Below the pieces are notes generated by a model, which made no database searches, was not told the origin of the DNA, and saw only the letters and a program-made list of their open reading frames with translations. Both the position numbers and the translations under genes were made by a program. Shown piece after piece: positions 34,833 through 44,278 of a DNA stretch of 64,000 nucleotides (the stretch's first letter is position 1; every line of letters starts with the position of its first letter). Origin of the DNA: Syntrophaceae bacterium UBA5744 (GTDB lineage: Bacteria > Desulfobacterota > Syntrophia > Syntrophales > UBA2192); assembly GCA_002419215.1 (NCBI GenBank), contig DIFQ01000059.1, positions 2,220 to 66,219 on the forward strand, in the 5' to 3' direction.

Positions 34833-35612
34833 TCACTTGACGAACTTGCCCATGGGAACAACGGCGATCCCCTCCCCCTCGATGGCGGAGCGGATATTCC
34901 TCACCAGCTCCACGGCCGAGGGGTTGTCGCCGTGGACGCAGATCGTGTCGATCTGCATCGCGAGAACACTGCCATCGGTCGTGATGATCTTTCCTTCCTT
35001 CGCCATGCGAAGGGCCCTCTCTGCAGCCACCTTCGGGTCCTTGATGACGGCGCCCGGCTGGCTTCGCGGTGCAAGCTTGCCCTCCGGCGTGTAGGCTCGG
35101 TCGGGAAAGGCCTCGAAGGCCACCCGGATGCCCGCCTGCCAGGCAATCCGGGTCACAAGCGGCGCCTGGGCGCCGCCGAGGGCCAGGTAGATCACGTTTT
35201 TATCGACGCCCGCAATGGCTTCCACGATGGCGCGGATCAGCGCCTCGTTGCCCACGCTCATGTTGTAGAGGCTCCCGTGTGGCTTCACGTGCTGGAGCGG
35301 TACGCCGTGAATGGCGCAGAAGGCCTTCATGGCCCCGATCTGGTAAGCCACGTAGTCGCGGACCTCCTCGGGCGAGCAATCCATATTTCGCCGCCCGAAG
35401 CCCACGAGGTCCGGGTATCCCGGGTGGGCGCCCACGCCCACTCCGTGGTCCTTTGCGAGCTGAACCGTCTTGTACATCACGTGGGCATCACCTGCGTGGT
35501 ACCCGCAGGCGATGTTTGCCGAGGTGACGTGACGGATCACCTCGCCGTCCATCCCCATGCTCCAGGCGCCGAAGCTTTCGCCCATGTCGCAGTTGAGATC
35601 GATCTTCTTCAT
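34833..35612 (-). CDS. pxpA: 5-oxoprolinase subunit A (LamB/YcsF family)
   Basis: MKKIDLNCDMGESFG..ANIACGYHAGD..VKPHG are canonical LamB/YcsF motifs. Confidence 0.9.
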   Translation of the reverse strand: MKKIDLNCDMGESFGAWSMGMDGEVIRHVTSANIACGYHAGDAHVMYKTVQLAKDHGVGVGAHPGYPDLVGFGRRNMDCSPEEVRDYVAYQIGAMKAFCAIHGVPLQHVKPHGSLYNMSVGNEALIRAIVEAIAGVDKNVIYLALGGAQAPLVTRIAWQAGIRVAFEAFPDRAYTPEGKLAPRSQPGAVIKDPKVAAERALRMAKEGKIITTDGSVLAMQIDTICVHGDNPSAVELVRNIRSAIEGEGIAVVPMGKFVK

Positions 35613-35629
35613 ATCCGATTCCCTTTTCG

Positions 35630-36934
35630 CTACTTCATCTTGCCGGGTAGGTACATGGCGATGTCGGGGAAGACCGTGAGCAGCACCGTCGCCAGCAGCA
35701 TGAGCAGAAAGAAGGGAAAGGCCGCCTTGCCGATGGTGAACAGGTCGTCGTTGTTGAGCCCGCTGATGACGAAGAGATTGAACCCCACGGGGGGAGTCAC
35801 CTGTGCCAGCTCGATCATGACAACGAGGTAGATGCCGAACCACACGAGGTCGAACCCGGCCGCGTCGATCAGGGGAAGCACCAGGGGCGCCGTCATGACG
35901 ATCATGGAGAAGCCGTCGATGAGGCACCCGAGGAACAGGTAGAGAATTGTCAGGATGAAGATGAGCATATAGGGGGAAAGCTTCATCGAGACGACATATT
36001 GCGTGAGGGCCCTCGTGATCCCCAGGAATCCCATGACATTGGAAAGGTAGGAGGCGCCCATGACGATGAGCATGATCATGCAGCTCGTTTTCACGGAATT
36101 GATCAGGCTCACCTTGAAGACGTCCACGGTGAGGCTCCGGGTGATGGCGGCAAAGAAAAAGGCCCCCACGACCCCCACGGCGCCGGCCTCCGTCGGCGTG
36201 GCCCATCCCATGTAAATGCTCCCCAGTACCATGAGCACCAGGATGACGACCGGCGCGATGGCGGGGACGGCCTGGATGCGATCCGTCCAGGAGTAATGAT
36301 CCTCTCCCCTGGGAGCGAGGGCCGGGTTGACGAGGCAGCGCAGGGTGATGTAGCCGCTGAAGAGGCCCGCGATCATGAAGCCGGGGATGAAGCCCGCGAT
36401 GAAGAGCTTTCCGATGCTCACGTCGCCGATGATCCCATAGACGAGCATCATCATGCTGGGCGGGATCATGAAGCCCAGTGTCCCCGCGCCGGCCAGCGAC
36501 CCGATGGAGAGGGCGTGGTCGTACTTGCGCCGCGCGAGCTCCGGGACGGTGATCTTCCCCACGGTGGCCGTCGTGGCCGCCGACGAGCCGCTCACGGCGG
36601 CGAAAAAGGTGCAGGCCATGATGTTCACGTGAATGAGCCGCCCCGGTATCGCGTCCATCCAGGGCGCCAGGCCCCGGAAAAGGTCCGACGAGATGCGGCT
36701 CCTGAACAGGATCTCCCCCATCCAGATGAAGAAGGGCAGGGCCATCATGGCCGAGCCGCTCGTGTTGTTCCAGGCCACGTTCGCGATGATCGAGCCGAAG
36801 GCCACGTCGCTGTAGAAAAAGAACCCGCCGATCCCCACGAGGAACAGGGAAATGCCGATCCAGACGGAGCCGCCCAGAAACAGGATGAGCAGCCCGCAGA
36901 CCGTTGCCGACACGGGTCCCATATCAAGTTGCAT
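35630..36934 (-). CDS. dctM: TRAP transporter large permease (DctM family)
   Basis: 434-aa polytopic protein with a DctM-type sequence. In an operon with DctQ/DctP. Confidence 0.9.
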   Translation of the reverse strand: MQLDMGPVSATVCGLLILFLGGSVWIGISLFLVGIGGFFFYSDVAFGSIIANVAWNNTSGSAMMALPFFIWMGEILFRSRISSDLFRGLAPWMDAIPGRLIHVNIMACTFFAAVSGSSAATTATVGKITVPELARRKYDHALSIGSLAGAGTLGFMIPPSMMMLVYGIIGDVSIGKLFIAGFIPGFMIAGLFSGYITLRCLVNPALAPRGEDHYSWTDRIQAVPAIAPVVILVLMVLGSIYMGWATPTEAGAVGVVGAFFFAAITRSLTVDVFKVSLINSVKTSCMIMLIVMGASYLSNVMGFLGITRALTQYVVSMKLSPYMLIFILTILYLFLGCLIDGFSMIVMTAPLVLPLIDAAGFDLVWFGIYLVVMIELAQVTPPVGFNLFVISGLNNDDLFTIGKAAFPFFLLMLLATVLLTVFPDIAMYLPGKMK

Positions 36935-37010
36935 GATTATACGATCTCCATGATCTGCAGGAACCGAGCATGCTTCGGTGGCCTGAAAACGTCTCGCGAA
37001 TTCCTGTTCT

Positions 37011-37046
37011 TTCCGCGCTTCCGGTCTTCCGCGCTTCCGGTCTTCC
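37011..37046. repeat. 16-bp tandem duplication in the dctQ-dctM spacer
   Basis: TTCCGCGCTTCCGGTC x2, then TTCC. Confidence 0.85.
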
Positions 37047-37056
37047 TGTCGTCACA

Positions 37057-37593
37057 TCACCGCCCCAGGTCATCCGCTTCCTCGAGAATCCGAAGCCCTT
37101 CCGCGTCCTGGCGCAGCAGGGCAAAACCCTTCAGGAACTCGGCCGCAAACTGGAGCGTCAGGAGGAACGAACCGATCGGCAAAAAAGCCTGCGGGATCGC
37201 GAGATAGGTCTCCGAGACCTGCATCGACTGGGACTCGCTGACGACGGAGTCCCAGAAGAACTCCCAGGTGAACCAGGTCAACCCCGCACAAAACAAAAAA
37301 CCCACCGTAAAACAGACCATGTTGTAGATGACGTGGGCCCTGCCCTTGAGGATGTGGGGCAGGAACATCATCCGGATGTGGCCGCGCTCGCGAAGCGTGT
37401 AGGCAAGCCCCATGAAGGTGAGCATCGCCATGAGGTAGCCCGTGAACTCGTCGGCAACGTACAGGGTACTGTTCAGAAAGCTCCGGAAGACGATCTCGCC
37501 GACGGACAGCATGAGTCCGATGGCCATGAGGATTCCCGCCACCCAGCCCCCGATGCCGGACAGAGTGTCGATCAGGATGATCAGCTTTTTCAT
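37057..37593 (-). CDS. dctQ: TRAP transporter small permease (DctQ family)
   Basis: 178-aa 4-TM protein between DctP and DctM genes. Confidence 0.85.
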   Translation of the reverse strand: MKKLIILIDTLSGIGGWVAGILMAIGLMLSVGEIVFRSFLNSTLYVADEFTGYLMAMLTFMGLAYTLRERGHIRMMFLPHILKGRAHVIYNMVCFTVGFLFCAGLTWFTWEFFWDSVVSESQSMQVSETYLAIPQAFLPIGSFLLTLQFAAEFLKGFALLRQDAEGLRILEEADDLGR

Positions 37594-37702
37594 ATCTCTC
37601 TCAGTGCCTGTCAACGCTGATGAATGCCCCAATGAAACAGGGACCACGGATCTCGTCACGAGCCGTGGTCCCCGCTATCGCCTTATGTCGAACTTCGAAC
37701 CC

Positions 37703-38698
37703 CTAGCGGCCGACCTTCTTCAGGAAGTCCGCATAAATCTTCTTGCCCTCGGGCGGCGCATCCTTGACCCAGTCGGCGCGAATTTTCTGCGTAATCTTCT
37801 CGAGATCCGCGATCATCTGCTTGGAGGGTTTCACCGTCTCGATGCCATTCTTGTTCGAGATGGCCTCCATGTCTTTGTCCCACTTGGGGCCGCGCTCCCA
37901 CATGACCGTCTCCATTTCCTTGCCGGCCTTCACCAGGGCATCCTGCTGGGCCTTGGGGAGCTTCCGGAAGGCGGCCAGGTTGACGGTCACCATGTTCGTG
38001 GCGATCGTGATGTTCAGGGGCTCGAAGTACTTGAGCACTTCCCAGAACTTGGCATCCACGGCGGTGGGTGTCGAGGTCATGACGGAGTCGATGACACCGG
38101 TCTGCAGCGACGTGTAGACCTCGCTGAAGGGAAGCGCCAGCGGGGTTGCCCCGACGGCTTCCATCACGAGGGCGCCGTTCTTGTCGTAGGTGCGGGTCTT
38201 GAGGCCCTTCAGGTCGGCAACGGAGGTGATCTTCTTTTTCGTCCACAGACCGGCTCCCGGCCAGGGCGCGATGTAGAGGATCTTCTGCTTCCACTTGCCC
38301 TCGGCCGCCTTGTCGAAGGCGGGCCGGGAGATGTCGATGAGCGTCTTCAGTTCCTTGAAGTCCCGGACGAGGAAGGGGAGCGTCACGATCTGGAAGACCT
38401 TCTCGTCGCCGGCCACGCCGCTGATGAGCATGTCGGAGACGGGCACCAGGCCGTCCCGGACGACCTTCAGCAGTTCGGGCCCCTTGTAGCCCAGGGCGCC
38501 GCCGCTGCTCACCACCAGTTCGAGCTCGCCGTTGGTTGCCTTCTTCACCTTCTCGGCAAATTCCGTCAGCCCGACGCTGTGGTTGTTCTTCGGGGGCCAT
38601 ACCGAGTTTGCGTTCCACGTGGTCTTCGCGAGGCAGGGCGTAGCCAGAAACGCCGCTGCGACGACCGTGACGATCATGAGCGTCCAGGTCTTCTTCAT
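37703..38698 (-). CDS. dctP: TRAP transporter substrate-binding protein (DctP family)
   Basis: Signal peptide, periplasmic binding-protein sequence. First gene of the TRAP-pxp operon. Confidence 0.88.
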   Translation of the reverse strand: MKKTWTLMIVTVVAAAFLATPCLAKTTWNANSVWPPKNNHSVGLTEFAEKVKKATNGELELVVSSGGALGYKGPELLKVVRDGLVPVSDMLISGVAGDEKVFQIVTLPFLVRDFKELKTLIDISRPAFDKAAEGKWKQKILYIAPWPGAGLWTKKKITSVADLKGLKTRTYDKNGALVMEAVGATPLALPFSEVYTSLQTGVIDSVMTSTPTAVDAKFWEVLKYFEPLNITIATNMVTVNLAAFRKLPKAQQDALVKAGKEMETVMWERGPKWDKDMEAISNKNGIETVKPSKQMIADLEKITQKIRADWVKDAPPEGKKIYADFLKKVGR

Positions 38699-39015
38699 AG
38701 GTCGCCTCTCCTTTTTTGAATGAGATTTCGATGGGTGCCCGAACAGGGGCGGTATCCTGTCAAAAACGGCGCTGATTATAGAAGGTTGCCCCTTTCAAAG
38801 CAAGCCCAAACTGAAAAGAAATAGCCTTGTCTATTCAAGAAGTTGAGTCAATCACGGGCCGGTGGAAGCCGAAGCGCCCGTTTCAATTTTGTCACGGTTT
38901 GTGGCTCGCCCCGGATCGAACGGGATCCTTTATGGACAGCAGCGTTGATCCGATATAGGAAGAGAAGGGCGCCGATCGCGAAGAAGATGAACTCGGCGCT
39001 ACAGCAGGGATAAGA

Positions 39016-39753
39016 ATGAAGAAAGGACTCATCGCCGCCGGTGTCCTGCTGGCGCTTGTCATTATCGCCTCCGTCGCTCTCGTCGTGAGGCTCGACGGAC
39101 TGATCACGAAGGCCGTCAACACCTACGGCCCGGAGATCACGGGGACGGAGATCCTTGTCGACGACGTGCGCGTGTCCTTCCTTTCCGGCGAGGCAACGAT
39201 CAGGAATTTCATCATGACCAACCCGAGGGGTTTTCGTTCGCCCCGGGCCATGAAGGTGGCCTCCGTCTCCGTGAGCCTGGAGCTGACCTCCCTGCTGTCC
39301 GACACGGTCGTCATCCGGCGTCTCGAGATCGTGGAGCCGGATATCACCTACGAGAAGCGCGGCGGCACGGACAACTTCAAGACCATCGCGAAACACGCCG
39401 AGCAGAAGGCGAAAGAGGCGGGGATTGTCTCCGGGGAAACCGTTGAAGGAATACCGGGGAAGAAACTTCGGATCCGGGAGTTCATCATGCGGGGAGGACG
39501 GGTGACCCTGCACACGCCGGACCTGCCGTCGGGCACGGCCGGCGCGGCGCTGCCCGACATCCGGATGCGGGATGTCGGCAAGGACGGTGCGCCCCCCTCG
39601 GAGGTCTTCAGCCGGATCCTGGCCGTGCTGGTTGACCGCCTGACGATGCCCATCGTCGCGGACACGCTCAACCGCAGTCTTCTCGAAGCCCGCAAGTCGG
39701 CCGAAAAAGGCACCCGCACCCTCACGGACAAAATCAAGGACTTCTTCAAATAA
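39016..39753 (+). CDS. hypothetical N-terminally anchored protein (AsmA/DUF748-like?)
   Basis: N-terminal TM (LIAAGVLLALVIIASVALVV) followed by a beta-rich segment. Family assignment is tentative. Confidence 0.65.
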   Translation: MKKGLIAAGVLLALVIIASVALVVRLDGLITKAVNTYGPEITGTEILVDDVRVSFLSGEATIRNFIMTNPRGFRSPRAMKVASVSVSLELTSLLSDTVVIRRLEIVEPDITYEKRGGTDNFKTIAKHAEQKAKEAGIVSGETVEGIPGKKLRIREFIMRGGRVTLHTPDLPSGTAGAALPDIRMRDVGKDGAPPSEVFSRILAVLVDRLTMPIVADTLNRSLLEARKSAEKGTRTLTDKIKDFFK

Positions 39754-40165
39754 AAAATCCCCCTTCTTTACATCGCCTCTGCCTTTCGTGCATCCCCACA
39801 CGCTGCGGCGGTTTCCTTGCGGCTGACCCTTTCACCTGCGAGTTCTTGACCGGGGGCGCCTGTGAAAGACCCTATTCCTTAATCTTCCTCTCCCTTGAGC
39901 GGAGAGCCCTTCGATAAACTCAGGGCCGTGAGCTTGTCGAACGGGACAGAGGTGAGGGTGAATCGCGCCCTTCCTCAGGTATCCGGGAGCGCAACCATGA
40001 ACGGTTCTTTTCTTGCCGGGAAGCCCCGCCCTGCGGGCGGGGGGCTTCACATTGCAGGGTGAGTCACATTGAGGAAACCCTGTTGGAAACAGTCGCGCCT
40101 GCAGCAGCCAGTCAGGAGATGTCCCACGTTTGATTTTCCTGCTGATCGGAAGAGACGGGTAAGCG

Positions 40166-40205
40166 GGTTGCCAGACAATTGGCTGGTTGCAACCTGGGTT
40201 TTTTT
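40166..40205 (+). terminator. terminator/attenuator-like hairpin upstream of the second TRAP operon
   Basis: GGTTGC..(17 nt, itself a small hairpin)..GCAACC, then TGGG and seven T residues, 65 nt before dctP ATG 40270. Confidence 0.45.
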
Positions 40206-40269
40206 CGGGTAGTGTAACGCAGAAAAAGATGAATAGAAGCGCCAGGAAAATGAGAAAGGAGGAATCGCT

Positions 40270-41274
40270 ATGAGTACGACAATACACGGAAAGGTTGCAA
40301 AATGCGCGGTCCTGTTGTTCGCGGCCGTGATCCTGATCGGTTTTTCGAGCAACGCGTTTGCCGTCACGCTGACGCTCGGCCACGGGGCCTCGCCCGGGAA
40401 TCCACGCACCATCGCCGCAGAGGCATTCGCGAAGATGGTTTCGGAGCGCACGAAAGGCAGTGTCACCATCAAGATTGCCGGCGCCGAACAGCTCGGAAAC
40501 GACGTCGCCATGCTGACATCCCTGCGAATCGGCGCGCTCGACTTGACGGCGAACAGCCAGGGCCCGGCCGCCGGCCTGGTTCCGGAAGTTGCCGCCCTGG
40601 GCCTGCCCTTTCTGTTTTCCGATGCCGACGCCGCCCACAAGGTGCTCAGCGGGCCCGTCGGTGAGCGTTTGAACAAGAGGTTCGCCGAAGTGGGAATCGT
40701 GGTCCTGGACTGGTGGGACAACGGGATCCGACACATCACGAATTCCAAGCGGCCCATCAACATGCCGGCCGACCTCAAGGGGCTCAAGATCCGCACCCCG
40801 GCCGATCCGATGACCGTGGATATTTTCCAGGCGCTCGGCGCGGCAACCCAGCAGATCGCCTTCGGCGAGCTGTACGTCGCCCTCCAGCAGGGCGTCGTCG
40901 ACGGCCAGGAGAACCCGCTTGCGAACATCGCCAGCAACAAGCTCTACGAAGTGAACAAGTACATCTCCCTTTCCGGCCACAAGTGGGAGTCCACCCCGTT
41001 CCTGATGTCGCAGATGGCGGTCAAGAAGGTCAAACCGGCCGAGCTCGAAGTCATCAAAAAGGCCGCGAAAGAGGCGGGGGCCCTCCAGCGCCGGCTGATG
41101 GCCGAGACGGACAAGAAACTGCTCGCGGAGTTCAAGGCGAACCCCAACGTTGCCGTCAACCAGGCAAACCGGGCGGCGTTCCAGGCGGCGACTGCGAGTG
41201 TCGTCGAAAAGTGGCAGGCGAAACCCTTCGGCTCCTTCGTCACGGAGCTCGTGGCCGCGGCGAAGAAGAAGTGA
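40270..41274 (+). CDS. dctP: TRAP transporter substrate-binding protein (DctP family)
   Basis: AAAGGAGG SD. Signal peptide. DctP motifs (LGHGASPGNP.., DGQENPL). Confidence 0.9.
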   Translation: MSTTIHGKVAKCAVLLFAAVILIGFSSNAFAVTLTLGHGASPGNPRTIAAEAFAKMVSERTKGSVTIKIAGAEQLGNDVAMLTSLRIGALDLTANSQGPAAGLVPEVAALGLPFLFSDADAAHKVLSGPVGERLNKRFAEVGIVVLDWWDNGIRHITNSKRPINMPADLKGLKIRTPADPMTVDIFQALGAATQQIAFGELYVALQQGVVDGQENPLANIASNKLYEVNKYISLSGHKWESTPFLMSQMAVKKVKPAELEVIKKAAKEAGALQRRLMAETDKKLLAEFKANPNVAVNQANRAAFQAATASVVEKWQAKPFGSFVTELVAAAKKK

Positions 41275-41281
41275 TCGCCGC

Positions 41282-41854
41282 ATGACGGGTGTTCATGGCG
41301 GGGACCCGCCCGTCAAAGGGTCTGCCGGCCGGCGCATCGCTTTTGCCGCGGCGAGCGGCATCGATCGTCTCATCACGCGTCTGTGCCGTTTCATCGTTCT
41401 GGTGACGGGGATCGCGCTGACGGTGATTCTGACGGGCAACGTTGTCGCGCGCTACGTGTTGGCAAGCGGCGGCATCGATGCCGCGCAGGAGCTCCCGGAG
41501 CTCCTGTTTCCATGGTTCATCGTCGCGGGGATCGCACTGGCCGCGCAGGCAGGCGGGCATCTGGGTGTTGACTGGCTCTACGACCGGCTCGGGCCGCGCG
41601 GTCGTGTCTGGTTCCTGCATCTCGTGAACGCGATCGTGATCGCGTCCTACCTGATCCTCTGCGGGCAGTCGCTGCTCCTGGCGGAGAGCACGTGGGTGCA
41701 AGTCAGTCCCGTACTCAAAATTCCGACCAGCCAGGGGTACATGGCTGTGGCGCTGGGCTGTCTGCTCCTGGCTCTTGCAGCGGCATGTTCCTCCGTGCGC
41801 ATTGCGTCGACCGGGCCCGAAACGCGTTTCACGCTCACCTATAAAGAGACCTGA
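41282..41854 (+). CDS. dctQ: TRAP transporter small permease (DctQ family)
   Basis: 4-TM protein between DctP and DctM genes. Start taken at ATG 41282. Confidence 0.8.
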   Translation: MTGVHGGDPPVKGSAGRRIAFAAASGIDRLITRLCRFIVLVTGIALTVILTGNVVARYVLASGGIDAAQELPELLFPWFIVAGIALAAQAGGHLGVDWLYDRLGPRGRVWFLHLVNAIVIASYLILCGQSLLLAESTWVQVSPVLKIPTSQGYMAVALGCLLLALAAACSSVRIASTGPETRFTLTYKET

Positions 41855-41856
41855 CC

Positions 41857-43116
41857 ATGAGTTTTGTCCTCACCCTTGCGTTTATCGCGCTCATGCTGCT
41901 CGCCGTTCCGGTGGGGCACGGGATGGTCATCGCGGCAGCCGTGGCGGTCCTGTGGGACGGGACCCTGCCGCTCATGATTGTGGCCCAGCAGCTGTTTCAG
42001 CAGACCCAGTCGTTTCCGATGCTGGCCCTGCCTTTCTTCATGCTGGCGGGAAGCCTGATGATGGGCGGCCGGCTTGGAAAGGAACTCCTGATGTTCGCGT
42101 CCGAGTTCATGAAGCGCTTCACGGGGGGCGAGCTCTCCACCACCGTGGTGGCCTCTGCCGTCTTCGGCGGCGTTTCCGGAAGCGCCGTCGCCAACTCCTC
42201 GGCTCTCGGTCCGGTCCTCATCCCGTGGCAGAAAAAGTGCGGTTACCCCGCCGGCCTGTGCGCGGCCAATATGGCGACGTCGTCCGTCCTTGATATCCTG
42301 ATCCCGCCGTCGATCCCCATGATTCTCTACTCCCTGATCAGCGGCGTGAGCGTGGCCGACCTCTTCATCGCCGGCGTCCTTCCGGGCCTGCTCATGGCGG
42401 GAAGCTTCATCTTCCTGTGCTGGTGGATCTCCAGGCGCCGGGGTTACAAGAACACCGGTTCGGCGATCGGGAAACGGGAATTGCTTCGACTCGCCCTCAG
42501 ATCGCTCCCCGCGCTCGCCATGCCGGTCTGGATCCTCGTCTTCCTGCGTTTCGGGGTTGCGACGCCGACCGAGGTGGCCGTGCTTGCCGTCGTCTACTCC
42601 ATCCTGCTGAGCGTCATCCTGTACAGGGACCTCAACTGGGCCCGCTTCAAGGAGGCGATGGTCGAGGCCGGGATTGCCACCGGCATCGTGATGCTGGTGA
42701 TCATGGGCAGCGCGGCCTGCGGCTGGCTTTTGACGTTCGACGAGGTGCCGGCGCGATTTGTCGCCTGGGTGTCCGCGACGATCCAGAGTCCCTGGCTTAT
42801 TTTGATGGCGATGAACGTGGTGCTGCTCGTTGTCGGCATGCCCCTCGATCTGCCGCCGGCCCTGCTTCTTTTCGGGCCCATCTTCGTGCCGTTGGGATTG
42901 TCTCTCGGTCTGGATCCCGTCCAGCTCGGGCTGATCATGGTCATCAACCTGGGAATCGGCGTCTACACGCCGCCTGTGGGAACCACGCTGTTCATCTCCA
43001 CGAGCATCGCCAAGTGTTCGCTGGACGAGACGACCCGGGAGCTCTGGCCGTTTTTCTTCGCCGCTTGTCTTCTGTTGCTTGCGGTGACGTACATCCCTGC
43101 GCTGACGCTTTACTGA
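41857..43116 (+). CDS. dctM: TRAP transporter large permease (DctM family)
   Basis: 419-aa polytopic DctM-type sequence. Confidence 0.9.
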   Translation: MSFVLTLAFIALMLLAVPVGHGMVIAAAVAVLWDGTLPLMIVAQQLFQQTQSFPMLALPFFMLAGSLMMGGRLGKELLMFASEFMKRFTGGELSTTVVASAVFGGVSGSAVANSSALGPVLIPWQKKCGYPAGLCAANMATSSVLDILIPPSIPMILYSLISGVSVADLFIAGVLPGLLMAGSFIFLCWWISRRRGYKNTGSAIGKRELLRLALRSLPALAMPVWILVFLRFGVATPTEVAVLAVVYSILLSVILYRDLNWARFKEAMVEAGIATGIVMLVIMGSAACGWLLTFDEVPARFVAWVSATIQSPWLILMAMNVVLLVVGMPLDLPPALLLFGPIFVPLGLSLGLDPVQLGLIMVINLGIGVYTPPVGTTLFISTSIAKCSLDETTRELWPFFFAACLLLLAVTYIPALTLY

Positions 43117-43195
43117 GACGTGCCGGGGCGCGGAAACCCGATCCTGCAGCGTGTCGGGCAGAAACGATTACGAAACAAAAGGAGACGATAAAGAG

Positions 43196-43954
43196 ATGTC
43201 GTTTGAAAAGAGAGTTGCGATCGTCACGGGTGCAGGCTCACCGAGAGGGATCGGACGCGCGATTGCCCTGACCCTGGCGAAAAGAGGTGCCGATGTGGTT
43301 GTCGGCGATATGGATCTGGCAGGCGCGGAAAGAGTGGCCGAGGAAATCAGAGCCATGAAGCGCAGCGCCATTGCCGTCAAAGTCGATGTAACCAGGCAAA
43401 CGGACGTAGCCGAACTCGTTCGCACGGCGCTCGACCGCTTCGGCAGGATCGACATCCTGGTGAACAACGCGGGGATCACCCAGCCGATCAAGGTGGTGGA
43501 CATGACGGAGAAAGACTGGGACCGCATCCTGGCGGTCAACCTGAAAGGAACGTTTCTTTGCTCCCAGGCTGTTCTCGCCACGATGATCAAGCAAGGGTAC
43601 GGCCGCATCGTCAACATGAGCTCTGTCTCGGCAAAGAGGGGCGGGGGCGTGTTCGGCGGGGCGCACTACAGCGCGGCGAAGGCAGGCATCCTCGGATTTG
43701 CCAAGGCCCTGGCGCGGGAGGTTGCCGCCCACGGGATCACCGTCAACTCCGTTGCCCCCGGGCTGATTGCCACGGACATCCGCGGAGGCCTCGAATCGCC
43801 CGAGCGGCAGAAGGAGATGTCCAGGGACATCCCATGCCAGAGAATCGGAACGCCCGAAGAGGTGGCTGCAACGGTCGCTTTTCTGGCGTCGGAGGAAGCC
43901 GCTTACATTACCGGCGAGGATATCGATATCAACGGCGGTTCGCACATGGATTAG
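43196..43954 (+). CDS. short-chain dehydrogenase/reductase (FabG-like)
   Basis: TGAGSPRGIGRA cofactor motif, NNAG, catalytic YSAAK. Confidence 0.9.
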   Translation: MSFEKRVAIVTGAGSPRGIGRAIALTLAKRGADVVVGDMDLAGAERVAEEIRAMKRSAIAVKVDVTRQTDVAELVRTALDRFGRIDILVNNAGITQPIKVVDMTEKDWDRILAVNLKGTFLCSQAVLATMIKQGYGRIVNMSSVSAKRGGGVFGGAHYSAAKAGILGFAKALAREVAAHGITVNSVAPGLIATDIRGGLESPERQKEMSRDIPCQRIGTPEEVAATVAFLASEEAAYITGEDIDINGGSHMD

Positions 43955-44031
43955 CTTCACGGCCCTTGATGCGCCCCCGGTCACCAGCCTTGCTTACGTC
44001 TCCCGGGCTGGTCAAAAAGGTGCAAACGCCA

Positions 44032-44188
44032 GGCCCCCGGATAAGATCGCGAAGTGAGGAAGTTATGAAGAGCGGAAGATCGGAGTGGATGGTATTATTT
44101 CTTCTCTTATCCGCTCTTCCTCACTTCTGCTCTTCCGATCTTCACAGCCTTGATGCTTGAAGACGAATGTTAGGCATTCATCGGGATG
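44032..44188 (+). repeat. 157-bp GAAGAG-hairpin element, copy B
   Basis: 155/157 identical to the reverse complement of 25437-25593. Flanked by direct repeats of GGCTGGTCAAAA(A)GG..TGCAA at 44007-44025 and 44219-44246. Confidence 0.9.
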
Positions 44189-44278
44189 CCCCCGGTCAAC
44201 CGCCCATTTTCCTCCTCAGGCTGGTCAAAAGGGGTTGGCTGCAAGGGGTGCGAGCACGAAGGCCAAGGAAGAGGATCC

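Noticed and set aside
44065-44160. 31-aa hydrophobic ORF (MKSGRSEWMVLFLLLSALPHFCSSDLHSLDA) with a GAGGAAG SD inside the 157-bp repeat. The same ORF is present in copy A on the other strand.
   Set aside because: The ATG and the reading frame are not conserved in the diverged copies (52949, 1983, 18048). Conservation follows the inverted-arm structure rather than codons.
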